Assembly (NCBI RefSeq): GCF_009914755.1 | Contig: NC_060940.1 | From: the human T2T-CHM13v2.0 reference genome, Homo sapiens | Length of the DNA: 64,000 bases | Strand: one strand, 5' to 3' | Part shown: in pieces, positions 29,214 through 43,094 of the stretch | Layout of the letters: each line of letters opens with the position of its first letter | How positions within the stretch are numbered: the stretch's first letter is position 1 | Program-made: the position numbers and the translations under genes | The notes under the pieces: generated by a model | Seen by the model: the letters and a program-made list of their open reading frames with translations, nothing else | What the model was told of the DNA's origin: nothing | Database searches by the model: none

Positions 29214-30001
29214 TAGATTGTTTTGAATCAGACATTTTGCTCCATGTTCCTAAACTTTTTGTATATGGGTTTTTTCTGCTTTGTCAGAGCCTTCTTTGTG
29301 TCCAACGTTCTGGGCTTGAAAACACACTTGAATGTTTCCTGTCTGCAACTGGAAAAACAATACGAATCAGGAAGGAACTTCCCACTCGCCATTTTACTCT
29401 GGGGTTTGTTTTTTCCTATGAAGCTATTCTGCAATTTTACTAGTCACTCAAGCAAGGCTGATACCAGGCAGGATCTTTAATTTACTTTTTGGTAAAGCAC
29501 AGATTTTCTCCTCGTAATTCTCAAAGCAGCAGTGCTGCCCAGGCCTTCATAGTGCCACTTTCCCTTGACCTGGTGTGGCAATGTCCAACCCTGCAGTGTG
29601 GCTAATAGGATGTTTCACTGAGCTCACTTGCCAGGCAAGGAGAAAACAGAAATGTTTTCAATCTGGAGTAGTTCACTGTACCAAAAAGACAGAAGATGCT
29701 CAGACCAGGTGAGAGTCAAAGGAAAATTTCCAATTGGTCTGATATTTTCCATCTCTAATCATGGATTTCTGGTAGTTTCCTTCATAAAACATGTACTATG
29801 GGAGCCAGGGACTCCCAAACCATGGACACGAATGCTCAAGTCCCCGCGATCAATGCAGGCTGTGGTCTTCCAAACAATGAGCACTACCGTCCTCCTCCCT
29901 GCTAGACAGCAGGTTCCATGAGGGCAGAGAGAGAGCTCTAAAGTCATCACTCCTCCCCAGCGGCAAGCTCAGCACCTTCCTGCCACTTAAATACATACTG
30001 A

Positions 30002-30355
<354 letters not shown>

Positions 30356-30662
30356 TCAAACAAAATCCAATAAAACTAGGTTGAAAAGCAGCCATAGGTG
30401 TATAGAACTGCCTTCCACAGTAAAATCCATAATGACTAAAATTGAAATGTGATATTACCTTTCAAGGTTAATCTTTTTATAAAATGGGAAAAAAAACCAC
30501 AGTTGAAAATAAAAAAAAAATGTCTGTAGGGGGAGGCAAAATCCAGTTTTAAAAATTTTATGTTAAAAGAGGAGTGAAAGCCATTCCTCCAATCCCATAT
30601 CCCAAAGGGTACTGTTACGAATTTGTTATATATCCTTCCCAATTTGTTTTCTAAATTTAAAC

Positions 30663-31410
30663 TAGTGCTTCTCAACTGGAGGCAACTGTGTCCCCAGAGG
30701 ACATTTGGCAATGTCTGGGGACATTTGTGGTTGTCATGATGGGAGATGCTACTGGTCTCTGTAGGCTAGAGGCCAGGATGCTACTGACTATCCTAAATGC
30801 AACCCCACACACACACACACACACTAAATAATATAAAGAATTATGAACAAGGAATGATCCAGCCCTGGATTTGTTTCCTATTGCTGCTGTAACAAATCAC
30901 CACAAACTCAGTGGCTTGAACAACACAAGTATATTATATCACACTTCTTGAGTTCAGCACTTCCAACCAGGTCTCCCTGGACTACGATCAAGGTGGCAGC
31001 AGGGCTGAATGCCTTCCTGGACATGCAAGGGGAGCATCTGCTTCCTCGCCCTTTCCAGCTTCTTGAGTCTACCGCATTCCTTGGCCTCCTCCTGCACTGT
31101 CAAAGCCAGTATGGTTCACTCTGGGCCTCTCTGCCACAGTCACCTCTTCCTCTGACTCTGCGACCTCCCTCTTCCACTGCTAAGGACCTCTGTGATTACA
31201 CTGGGCCCACCTGGCTAGTCCAGGCTAATCTCCCTTTCCACTGATTAGAAATTTTAATCCCATCTCCAAACTTAGTCCCCCTCTGCCATGTAATCTAAGA
31301 CATTCAGAGATTCTGGAGATGGGGATCTGGACATGTTTCGGGAGGGCAGAGCATTATTCTGCCTACTTCAGGTCCAAATGTCAACAGTGCCAAGGCTGAG
31401 AAGTGCTGAT
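30663..31410 (+). mobile_element. MER20 (hAT-Charlie), split by the MLT1 LTR
   Basis: gtgcttctcaactggagg...ggacatttggcaatgtctggggacatttgtggttgtca (5' part); aaatgtcaacagtgccaaggctgagaa (3' part). Confidence 0.72.
30866..31370 (-). mobile_element. MLT1-family MaLR LTR nested in MER20
   Basis: Characteristic tttcctattgctgctgtaacaaatcaccacaaactcagtggcttgaacaacac start on plus; flanked by two halves of MER20. Confidence 0.75.
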
Positions 31411-31749
31411 TTCAAAGGACACACATACACACACATACGTACACACACATACATGCACACCCATACACACACACACAGATGCACACAGGTAGATAGAGAC
31501 ACGAGGGGCATTTTTACACGTCAGAATACAGATGTACAACTCCACCACCTCCCTTTTTATGCCTGTACATTAACCTATTCTGTGGATATACCATGTTCTA
31601 CTTAACTGCACGAAAGCAAGGCAGCACCACCAAACCCTCCAGCCTCATATTCAATCTAATTGAACTGTGGACTGAAGACAGTTGAAGACCGTCAAACCTC
31701 CACATCACAAACGGTTCCTCCAAGGCTGTAGGGATCTACTTGAGCCTTC

Positions 31750-31990
31750 ATAATAGCCAACAGTAGCAGCCATATTTGCTGGGTGCTTTCTATGCCCCAG
31801 ACACTGGGCTGGCACTTACATCTACTCTAATTCTCACATCAACCCTATTGGGTAGGAACCACTATTTCCCCCATTTTACCTATAAGGAAAGTGAGGTCTT
31901 GAAAGGTAACTTGCCTAGGACCCCAGCACTAATAAGTGGGATTGTGGGATTCAAACCCAGAGGGCCTGACTAGCAAGGCCTACACTTAGT
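31750..31990 (-). mobile_element. MIR
   Basis: ccccattttacctataaggaaagtgagg...aggtaacttgccta...ggattcaaaccca. Confidence 0.7.
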
Positions 31991-32000
31991 TTATCTAAAC

Positions 32001-32332
32001 CAGGGGTCAGCAAACTATACCCGCAGGCTCAATCTAGCTCACCGCCCATTTTTTATGTTCAGAAAGCTCAGAAGAATGGTTATTTTAAAATGATTGGAAA
32101 AAAACAAAATAATAATATTTGGTAACACATGAAAATTTTATGAAATTCACATTTCAGTGTATTACAGAAGTTTCACTGGAACACAGCCAGGCTCATGCAT
32201 TTGTGTGCTATCTATGGCTGCTTTTGAGCTTCAACAGCAGAACTGAGTTGTTGCGAAAGACATCACCGTATGACCTGCAGAGCTCAAAATATTTGTTATC
32301 CAGCCATTTACAGAAAATGCTGGCCAACCCCA
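32001..32332. mobile_element. MER58B-like hAT MITE (copy 1)
   Basis: TIR caggggtcagcaaact; internal gtttcactggaacacagcc motif; ends gccaacccca. Confidence 0.75.
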
Positions 32333-32709
32333 GGTCTCTATTAGTAACTCTTGCAGGATGTGGTGCAAACCTTGATAGCTAACTTTTTAGAATCACTTTG
32401 AGGATGGGTGAGGCTGGGCTGGAGGTGTATTTTCTCTTCCTCGACATTCTGCCTCATAGGCAAGCAGCAGCTGCCAAAATGAACAGGGGTGGCTGCCTCT
32501 GATAATTCAGTCCAAATGCGGAGGCACAGCCCAGTGCTGGTGACACTGGTGACAGGAAGAAATCAGAAGTTATGTCCCTCCTGCACCTACGCACCTCCAT
32601 CCACTCACCTCCTCAAAAACACTGAAGTATTTTAATCACTGTTTGCTTTCTGGTCTCTACTGATAAACATATTTCGGGACAAGACCTAAATAAACACAGT
32701 TCTCTACCC

Positions 32710-33002
32710 AAGAGTTCAGCAACAATAAACATTTCAGGCTTGCAGACCATACTGTCTCTATGTAATGACTCAGCTTGCCACTGCAGCACAAAAGCTGCCA
32801 CAGACATTGTATAAATGAACGGACCTGGCTGTGCCCCAATAAACCTTTATTTATGGACACTGAAATGTGAATTTTGCCTAATTATCGTACGTCATGAACT
32901 ACTGTTCCTCTTTTAATGTTTTCAAGTATTTAAAAATGCCAAAACCATTCTGAGCCTGCAGCAGCCGCATTTAGCCCACAGACCAGAGTTTGCTGACCCC
33001 TG
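32710..33002. mobile_element. MER58B-like hAT MITE (copy 2, opposite orientation to copy 1)
   Basis: ggctgtgccccaataaacctttattt motif; ends agtttgctgacccctg. Confidence 0.72.
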
Positions 33003-35137
33003 ATCTATGTACAAGTGAAGTCCATTTTCCCATGAAACTTCAATCCTTTTTAATCACTTCCCAAATCCAAATTCTTCTTACTCAGAAGGGGGATTTCTAC
33101 GTTTTCCCAACTTGCATTTCAGAGGTTGAGAGACGCTGGCTTTTCAAGACTTTTGCCAAATTGCTCCTTTTCAATCCTTTCAGCCATTCTGGGGCCTTGA
33201 GAGCAGGGGCTCATCTTTCTACCACCAAGAGCACCCCCAACCCAAGGATGGCAAATATGTGGCCGAGGCGCCAACACTAGCATCAAACATCAATGGCTCC
33301 CACTGCCTCTGGGCTCACAGGGCTGTTGGTTTTTGGTTTACAATTTCACATGAGAGATCACTGTTCTGCTGGCTTTTACACTTGCACACTGACTGATACG
33401 TCAATTAAAATGAAAAAATGAAGCATGGAGAGAATTTTTAATGAGCTCATTTTCAATGCTAGTTACCAGGAAATATCTGACGCATTTTTGAGAAATAAGA
33501 CAGACTGTGACTAATCTACCAAGGATCTGAATATTGTATGTAGGGTAACAACATAAACATTACTGCATGCAACATGATTTGTATTCACAGTGAAATTACA
33601 GAACCCACCCAGGGCTAGGCAGTGGATTTCATTCTGCTGGGAATCTGATTTTGTGCAACACTGTCACCTCCCGTTACAAGTGTTTACAAAATCCACCTGA
33701 GCCTCTGAGCCCAGTTTGGATGCAATAGTTTGATTTCATAGTGAGCTGGAGGACTACTGAATGAGTTTTTACTGTTTTATCTCATTAGATTAGCTGTCGT
33801 CTTAGATTTCTGGGAAGGAATCTAAAATCTACTTAATTGGATTTTTAAAATAAACGACTCTCTGAAACTTTAAAAATGAAGCAATTTGTTATACCTGCCA
33901 CAAAGCAGTTTAAAAGCCGTAAGAGAGTTTACAGAACTCTAAAGGGATGTTATTGGGAAAAAATTGTTCCCATGCCTAACACTGAAAAGAAAAAGGATAC
34001 TTAACGGGGGGAAATGATTCAACAGAAAATATTTTGGCAATGACGTGGGAAAAATAGATCTAATAGTTCTATACTCTGCATTATTTCCCCAAATGATGGT
34101 ATTTTGCCCATGTATTTACAGCTTCTCTAGGACAGGGTTATAACATTTAATTTTTACTTTAAATGACAATAAAAGCCTTCTCAATCTTAACTTAATCTTG
34201 ATAATATTATTTGAATTCCAGTGACTAAGATGAACAGTTACATTTTACCCTAAATTGAATTGAGGTTTATCGTTTTCCTGCACATGTAAGCTTACCCACG
34301 CAGCGTTTTGTTCGGTCAGTTGGCTTTTTCCCCTCTGGCACATGAAATGGAATCTATTTGCTATCCCTGCTCTAACCACGTGGCCTGTCTCAAAGCTCCA
34401 CCACCGATTCTTGCTTATAGCAAAATCTGAAAGAAATCTCCCTTCTGCCACCAACCACCTCAACGGCCTCTCAGGCATTCCAAGTGCCTTATTCCCCAGC
34501 CTGCTCCAGTCACTCATGGTACCTGCTTGGACCTGGAGGCAGCTGAGTTTGAGATTTTAAAACTCATTTAAGCAGGCAAAAATATGTGAGAAATATTTTG
34601 CAAAATATTGCAATGCAGACAGTACATCCACATAGAGCTACTGCCTAAGGGAAAGGAGCTCAGGAGGAGTCCAGTTTACTGCTCTGGTGAGGCAGCCAGA
34701 GGCTAGGAGGAGCTGAAAAGCCACACAAAAAGTCTAAAGCAAAAGTGCCCAAGGCCAGGCCACACAATGTCAGGGGCTCCCTCCACACCTGGGCTCTGAC
34801 TCAGTGCTGTGACTGATGGCTGCTGGGGAGGTGCACAGCGTCTGAAGACAGGTTGTGCAGGCTCCCTTCCAAACTAGGTCAGCACATTTGGACTTTGACA
34901 AGCTCATCCCCATAAAAACAGGTTGTAAATGTTAAGTTCTCAGTCCAACTTACAAGGACTCATTTAGCTCACAGATTATCTAAGAGACAGCCCTGGCAGG
35001 GGCCTATTGAGTTTTCTGAGCCACTCAGAAAAATAGTAAAAATAAAAACTAGTGGAAAAAGATCTAGGAGGTAACAGTGGTTCTTAACCAGAGCTACACA
35101 TGACAGTCCTGGAGGCTCTGAAAATAATACAGGTGAT

Positions 35138-36302
<1,165 letters not shown>

Positions 36303-37917
36303 TCATAAGGTTGTCAAAAATAATAATACTGATGCCTGGACCCCAACCTAAAACAAATGAATTAGAACCTCTGGAGGTGGGGCTTGGCTTTTTTTTTTTT
36401 TTTTTAGCTCCCCAGGCAATTCCCAAGCAAAGAGAACACTGAGAACTGCTGCAAGGAGAAGGTTCAGGTAGCAACAGCTGGCAGGTGGCAGAACGAGCAG
36501 CAGGACAGACTAGAAGGGTAGCAGCCATAATGCACTGCAGCACCATAGTCTCCAGGGTCCCTGTGTCCTAGGCCATAAACACATTTCAGAAGGAGCTGAT
36601 GTGCATGATTCACAACTGGCTTTACGCTGCGGCCTTCACAGACAGAGTAAACTCAGTTGTAAAAAACAGAGTGATACCCAATTCTAAGTTTCACTCTCAG
36701 CAAAGGATAAGAATGTAGGATACAGTCAGAACTAAGAGTTAGGGCTCTGGAGTCAAACATACCAGACTTTGAAACCCAAGGCTAGACGTTCACATGTGCA
36801 CCTTACTAAGAAACATTTCCTCCACTGTGAAATAGGAATAATTATAACCATAAAATTATAATAATGATACCACCACCATAGTGGTTGTTTAGGAACACCA
36901 TCTCATGTACTTCATTTAACGTGTTTCGTGGCACCTAGTGAGGGTTCATGGAGTGTTAGCTGTTCTGAGAATTACAACAAATAATAACAACCTTCAGATA
37001 AATCCCAAGTCTTATCTAAGAATGACCTTTCCAAATTTATCAAGCTGTTCTAGCTTCTCTCTGGAAGAAGTCACAGTCGAGCCTGGACCACACAAAAACA
37101 AAAAGCTAGTCAGAGTTAGAGCAGGAGTAGCGCAGGACGTTCAATTAAAACAAAGGGTTGGTTGTGACAACACCGTGTGGGATGGCACCAAAGAGAATCA
37201 CAGGCAAACAATAAACAGAAACTCAGGGACAGAGTACGTGGAGAGTTAGTAAACCCTGCATCAGAAGCTAACATCTTAAGCTGCTGGGCTTCCCACCACT
37301 GCTAAGGAAGCTATAGAAACACCTGCACCAGCAGATCTCAGCTGAGCATGCATTCACAGAGAAGCAAAAGCAAGTCTCCAAGTATAAACCATCCATCCGA
37401 GGATGGACTTACTTCAAGAGCCTCAGATTTTAGATATTTGTTCATTCAGACGGTATTTACGGAGTTCCCACTAAATGTCAGGAACTGAGAAAGAAAAAAG
37501 GAGACAGAAATGATACAGTCCCCACCCTTGAGGAGCTCATGAGAAAAAAAGGTCTCATCCTTAATGAAAACACTTTGGGGGCACAGATAGAAGAGTGATT
37601 AACTGTGTGGCCAGGAAAGCAGGGAAACAGTCCAAGTGGACCTCAGATAAGTCAGGCATGGGGAGAAAAGGTTTGGGGAGGAGTGTGTACATAGTAGGGT
37701 ACAGAACAGGAGGTGGAGATGTGGCTGCAGAGAAAGGCTTTGCCTGCCATGGAACTCGGGGGCAACAGGGAGCCACTGATGGTTTTTCAGTAATGGAATG
37801 GCAACAGGTTTGAGTTTCAGAATGAAAAGTAGAATAGCAGGATGGAAGTAGGAACTCCTGGAGCCCTCTGTGGATATCTAGACGAGAGACAAGAACACAG
37901 ACCCAGAGCCCAAATAG

Positions 37918-38250
<333 letters not shown>

Positions 38251-38425
38251 CAACACATAGCTATTTTAACAGAAAGAGTACAGTAGAATCTGACTATAAA
38301 CTACCAACTTGAAAAAAGTACAAGAAAAATTCATAAATACAGTACTCCTGTTCAAGAAAGTAATCAAACATAGAAACTGGAATTGGTGGATCATAACATG
38401 TAATCAAAAAAGTTTCTGTTACCGT

Positions 38426-38748
38426 TTATTTATTTTTTAGAGATGGGGTCTGTCACCCAGACTGTGGAAAGCAATGGTGCGATCGTAACTTATTTTAGCC
38501 TCCAACTCCTGGGCTCAGCAATCCTCCTGTCTCAGCCTCCCAAGTAGCTGAGACTACAGGCATACACCACCACACTCATCTAATTTTTGTATTTTTTTGT
38601 ACAGACAGGTTCTCGCTATGTTGTCCACACTGGTTTCAAACTCCTCGCCGCAAGTGATCCTCCTGCCTCAGTTAAAATCCTTTTTTTGGAGACAAGGTCT
38701 AAAATCTTAACGTGCTGGCATTGTAGGCATGAGCCACTGTGCCCAGCC
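38426..38748 (-). mobile_element. Alu (AluJ-like)
   Basis: Antisense Alu, diverged. Confidence 0.88.
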
Positions 38749-38871
38749 AAAAGAGTTTCTTAACACCAAATTTCCAATACTAAAATTTAAAAAAAAATTA
38801 ATAGTAATATTTTGCATTTATACATTATTTTCTGTTATGAAAGCACTTTTACCTATATTATTTCATTATAA

Positions 38872-39237
38872 TAGGTTGGTGCAAAAGTAATTGTGGCTTT
38901 TCCCATTAAAAGTAATGGGCAGCCGGGCATGGTGGCTCACGCCTGTAATCCCAGCACTTTGGGAGGCCGAGGTGGGCGGATCACCTAAGGTCAGGTGTTC
39001 AAAACCAGCCTGACCAACATGGTGAAACCCCATTTCTACTAAAATACAAAAAAAAATTAGCTGGGCATGGTGGTAGGCACCTGTAATCTCAGCTACTCAG
39101 GAGGCTGAGGGAGGAGAATCACTTGAACCCAGGAGGCGAAGGTTGCAGTGAGCTGAGATTGCACCACTGCACTCCAGCATGGGCAATAGAGTGAGACTCT
39201 GTCTCAAAAAAAAAAAAAAAAAGTAACGGGCAAAAAC
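38872..39237. mobile_element. MADE1 (Hsmar1 mariner MITE) interrupted by an Alu; right arm mostly lost
   Basis: taggttggtgcaaaagtaattgtggcttttcccattaaaagtaatgggca, then Alu, then aaaagtaacgggcaaaaac. Confidence 0.82.
38922..39222 (+). mobile_element. Alu inserted in MADE1
   Basis: TSD aaaagtaaYgggca. Confidence 0.94.
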
Positions 39238-40488
39238 ATGTACCCATACAGGGCAATTTTTATTATCCCTGTTTCGTGGGTGTGCAGGCAGACACCCATT
39301 AAGTGAATTACACAATGTGAACCAGTCTTTGAACCTTCAGAAAGAGTACCTTCGAGGCCATGGACCAAAGTTAAATTTCTCTTAAATTTGCAAGCTATGT
39401 TCTGACCCTAACTCCGCCACAAACTAACCATAGCATCTAAAAATACATCCCTTAACCTTTCTGCCCCTTACTTTATTTATATTTGCATCAACATTCTCAC
39501 AGGACTTTTAAGAGACTAGAACAAAATAGCAAAGGAGGGAACATTTTGAAACCTTCCAAACTGGGCTTTGCAAACGTAGGACTGTAACTCCAAAAATGAC
39601 AAATGTTGCACGGTTTAAACAGGCATCTAGTGCTGAAAATCTGAATAATGGTGGCTCCTCTGGAATTCTACAATAAACACACGTCACAGATGTGGCCCAG
39701 GAAGTTCCATGCTTAGCGTGGTGCACAAAATGAAGAAAAAATAGTCACCTGGAAAGTCAGGGCGAGGCAGTTTTTGAGGGATGATGGTAGATTCTGGGTG
39801 GGGAACACCCTAAATCTCCACTTGCCCTTTTCTAAGGTCAAAGAAAGGAGTGCCTGATGGATGAAAGGACACTGTAAATACCTTAAAACAGAAATCTGAT
39901 TGCTTTTTAATGAGGTGTTTTGTCAAAAAAGCTATTCAGGATAAGTAAGCCTTAACTGAGTGGAGCTACACAGCCCATCAACAAATTCAACCACAGGCTG
40001 GTGTCATGCATACTTTGCACTAACTTTTCATTTGGTTAGTCACTGAACAAATATTTTCGGGTTCCCTTCCATGAGCCATCATGAGTAAGATAGGGCCCCT
40101 GCTCTGCCAGAGCTCAAGGACTATCAAGGAAAATAAGCCATTATACTCCAGTGCAAGGACGGTTCCAACAGGGAAGTGCAGGGTCCCTGGGAGTTGTCAC
40201 TATCACCACAGCCCACATTTATTGAGCTCATATCACATGCTCAGCACTGTTCCAGGTGCTTTGCAAGAACTGAACTCTACGGGATAAGTATTATTACCCC
40301 CGTGTTACAGAGGAAGAAACTGATGCACCCAGGGAACTTAAGCGATTGCCCAGGGTTTCCCACCTAGGCTCTGAATCTCGGCAATATTACTTCAGGGACC
40401 CTGTTCTTAACCACCTAATACACACTTTACTTGTATTAACCCACCTAATCCTCAAGACAACCATGAGACTGATACCACTATTATAACC

Positions 40489-40861
40489 TGTATTAGTCTG
40501 TTCTCACATTGCTAATAAAGACATACCCACGTCTCTGTAATTTACAAAGGAAAGAGATTTAATTGACTCAGTTCCGCAGGGCTGGGGAGGCCTCAGGAAA
40601 CTTACAATCATGGTGGAAGGGGAAGCAAACACGTCCTTCTTCAAATGGCATCAGCAAGGAGAAATGCCGAGCAAAAGGGGGAAAAGTCACTTATAAAACC
40701 ATGAGATCTCATGAGAACTCACTCAGTATTACTAGAACAGCATAAGGGTAATGGCCCGATAATTAAATTACCTCCCATGGGATCCCTTCCACGACACGTG
40801 GGGATTATGGGAACTACAATTCAAGATGAGATTTGAGTGGGGACACAGCCAAACCATGTCA
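40489..40861 (-). mobile_element. THE1-family (THE1C-like) MaLR solo LTR
   Basis: Minus strand begins TGACATGGTTTGGCTGTGTCCCCAC and ends ...CTAATACA; near-match 5-bp TSD taacc/taccc. Confidence 0.88.
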
Positions 40862-42422
40862 TACCCATTTTAGAGATTTAGAAACCTAGGCACAGAGAAG
40901 CACATTAAATTGTTGCGGGTTACAGACATGACAGGAGGGGCCTGAATGCAGACCTGGGATATCAGAAAGATATCCTGAAACTGGTGATGGCTTCTGAGAC
41001 CTACTGGATGAGTTGGAAACCCAGAGGCTGGATAGTACAAGAGCACCCAGGTCAGGGAGAAGAGAGGGAAGAGAGAGCAGGGAGGAGCAGAGGCAGGTGA
41101 CATGGCTGGGGGAGAACCCCACCCCATTTAAGCTCAGGTACACGGGATCTGCTGAAGATTGTGAGCAAACTTATTTGCTGAATACATAAGTGACTAAATG
41201 AAAGTTTTCAGTATCTGGGCCTTGTACTGAGTAGGAGCCAGCGGCAATCCACCACCAGGGTGGGCAGGAGAGCCAAGGGCCAGCCCAATTCTAGGCCATC
41301 AGGTGTGCGAACCAAACTGAAGGACTGCGGAAAACACGGAAAGGAACTCTGCCGGACTCTGGGCCTTCAAATGAGTACCAGGCAGCAAATGTAAAAAAAA
41401 AAATCTTCAGAAAGGCTGTTACATGCATTTAAACAAAGGAAAACCAGGCTTGGACAATGAACCAACAAATAAAACTGCACTCACTTTACTTCTCTATAGA
41501 CCAACTTTTTCTTCTCTTTTTTTTAAGAGACCAAGGGCTTTGCTATGTGGTCCAGGTTCACTTCAAACTCTTGGGCTCAAGCAATCCTCCCGCCTCAACC
41601 TCTCCAGTATCTGGGACTACAGGTGCAAGCCACCTACTTCTTCATAAGTACACCAGGGATTTCAGCACAATGGTTTTTAACTTCTAAGACTTAAAAAAAA
41701 TTCCCAACATTTCAGTGAATTTTATTTTTTTGGGGGGGGAGGGAAATAAATATGTCTTCAGTCAACCATCTTAACTAAAATGTCTCCCATAACGTCTTAA
41801 ATCCCTCTCTGCACTGAAGAATCTTCCTATCATCAATAATTTCAGGAACCTACCAGTGGAGTAACAGTTAAATTTGTTGTGCCATAACATGTTATTATGA
41901 TAGTTGTATTCCTAAGAATTTACCAATGCTCATATTATAAAATCAACTGATCAAATGGCAGGAGCGAGAGTCTTCTGGGGATGGAGCATTCATAAAAAAA
42001 TTTCTTCAGCGTTACCAGGCAAATCTAGCATTTCATCATATCTGGACATTGCTCCAACAGGATATTGGTCTTTTGTTATCATCAGAAGCACTCTTAGTAA
42101 TGAGAACATCTTATGCATGCACATCTCCTTTGCCACCCACAACTCGGAAAGCAGAACAGAAAAACACCCACTAAAGCATGTTCAGAAGGTGCCCTCCCTC
42201 TACCCCAAGCAAGGTGCTAGCTCCTTGTAGGTGGGTGAAGTGGCTAAGAGCAAATATGCAGGGAGTCAAAGCCCCGTTCACCACCTAAGAGCGGGGTAAT
42301 CTCTGTGTCTCCATTTCCTTTCCCGTAAAAATGGAGATATTAAGAATATCTAATTTACAGATTGGAAAGATTGAAAGAGATAATATAAGCAAAGTGCTGA
42401 TTCCTAGAAAGCTCAAAAAATT

Positions 42423-42543
42423 CCTGGCATGGTGGCTCACACCTGTAATCCCAGTACTTTGGAAGGCCGAGGCAGGAGGATTGCTTGAGGCCAGGAGTTG
42501 GAGACAAGCCTGGGCAACATAGGGACAACCAAAAAAAAAAAAA
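42423..42543 (+). mobile_element. FLAM/Alu left monomer
   Basis: Monomer with A tail. Confidence 0.85.
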
Positions 42544-42549
42544 TGGTTT

Positions 42550-42745
42550 TTGTTCTGTCTAGAATATGGAGAAATCATGTCACACAAGTTACTCAATCTC
42601 CCTGTGCTTCTGGTTCCCACCTATAAAAGGGATAACACTATACTGACTTCACAGGGTCTGGTGGGTATTAAACAAGTCAATACACAACTTGGACTAGCGC
42701 AAGGTGCCCAGTACACATCCAGATGCATATTCTCTGTCATTAGCA
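42550..42745 (+). mobile_element. MIR 3' part running into the minisatellite
   Basis: aagttactcaatctccctgtgcttctggttcccacctataaaagggataacactatactgacttcacaggg. Confidence 0.65.
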
Positions 42746-43090
42746 CTTGGACTGGTGCAAGGCGCCCAGTACACACCCAGACACATATTCTCTGTCATTA
42801 GCACATGGACTGGTGCAAGGTGCCCAGTACACACCCAGATGCACATTCTCTATCATTATCACCTGGACTGGTGCAAGGCGCCCAGTACACACCCAGACTC
42901 ATATTCTCTATCATTAGCACTTGGACTGGTGCAAGGCGCCCAGTACACACCCGGACACATATTCTGTCATTAGCACTTGGACTGGTGCAAGGCACCCAGT
43001 ACACACCCAGATATATATTCTCTGTCATTAGCACTTGGACTAGTGCAAGGCACCCAGTATACACCCAGATGCGCATTCTCTATCATTATC
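42687..43090 (+). repeat. Minisatellite, 7 copies of a 58-bp unit (one 56 bp)
   Basis: Units start at 42687, 42745, 42803, 42861, 42919, 42975 and 43033; consensus ACTTGGACTGGTGCAAGGCGCCCAGTACACACCCAGAYRCATATTCTCTRTCATTAGC. Confidence 0.95.
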
Positions 43091-43094
43091 ACAA

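Noticed and set aside
28638-29216. 192-aa ORF and many similar ones (LECSG.ISAHCNL..PGSS)
   Set aside because: Standard Alu translations
33300-34250. Repeat-poor AT-rich stretch as a possible conserved enhancer
   Set aside because: Cannot be supported from sequence alone without conservation or chromatin data
40574-40592. PRDM9 hotspot motif in the THE1 LTR
   Set aside because: Minus strand reads CCTCCCCAGCCCT, which misses two fixed positions of CCNCCNTNNCCNC
42687-43090. Regular ~58-bp repeat array resembling a CRISPR array
   Set aside because: Units are contiguous with no unique spacers, there are no cas genes and the context is a primate intron; it is a minisatellite
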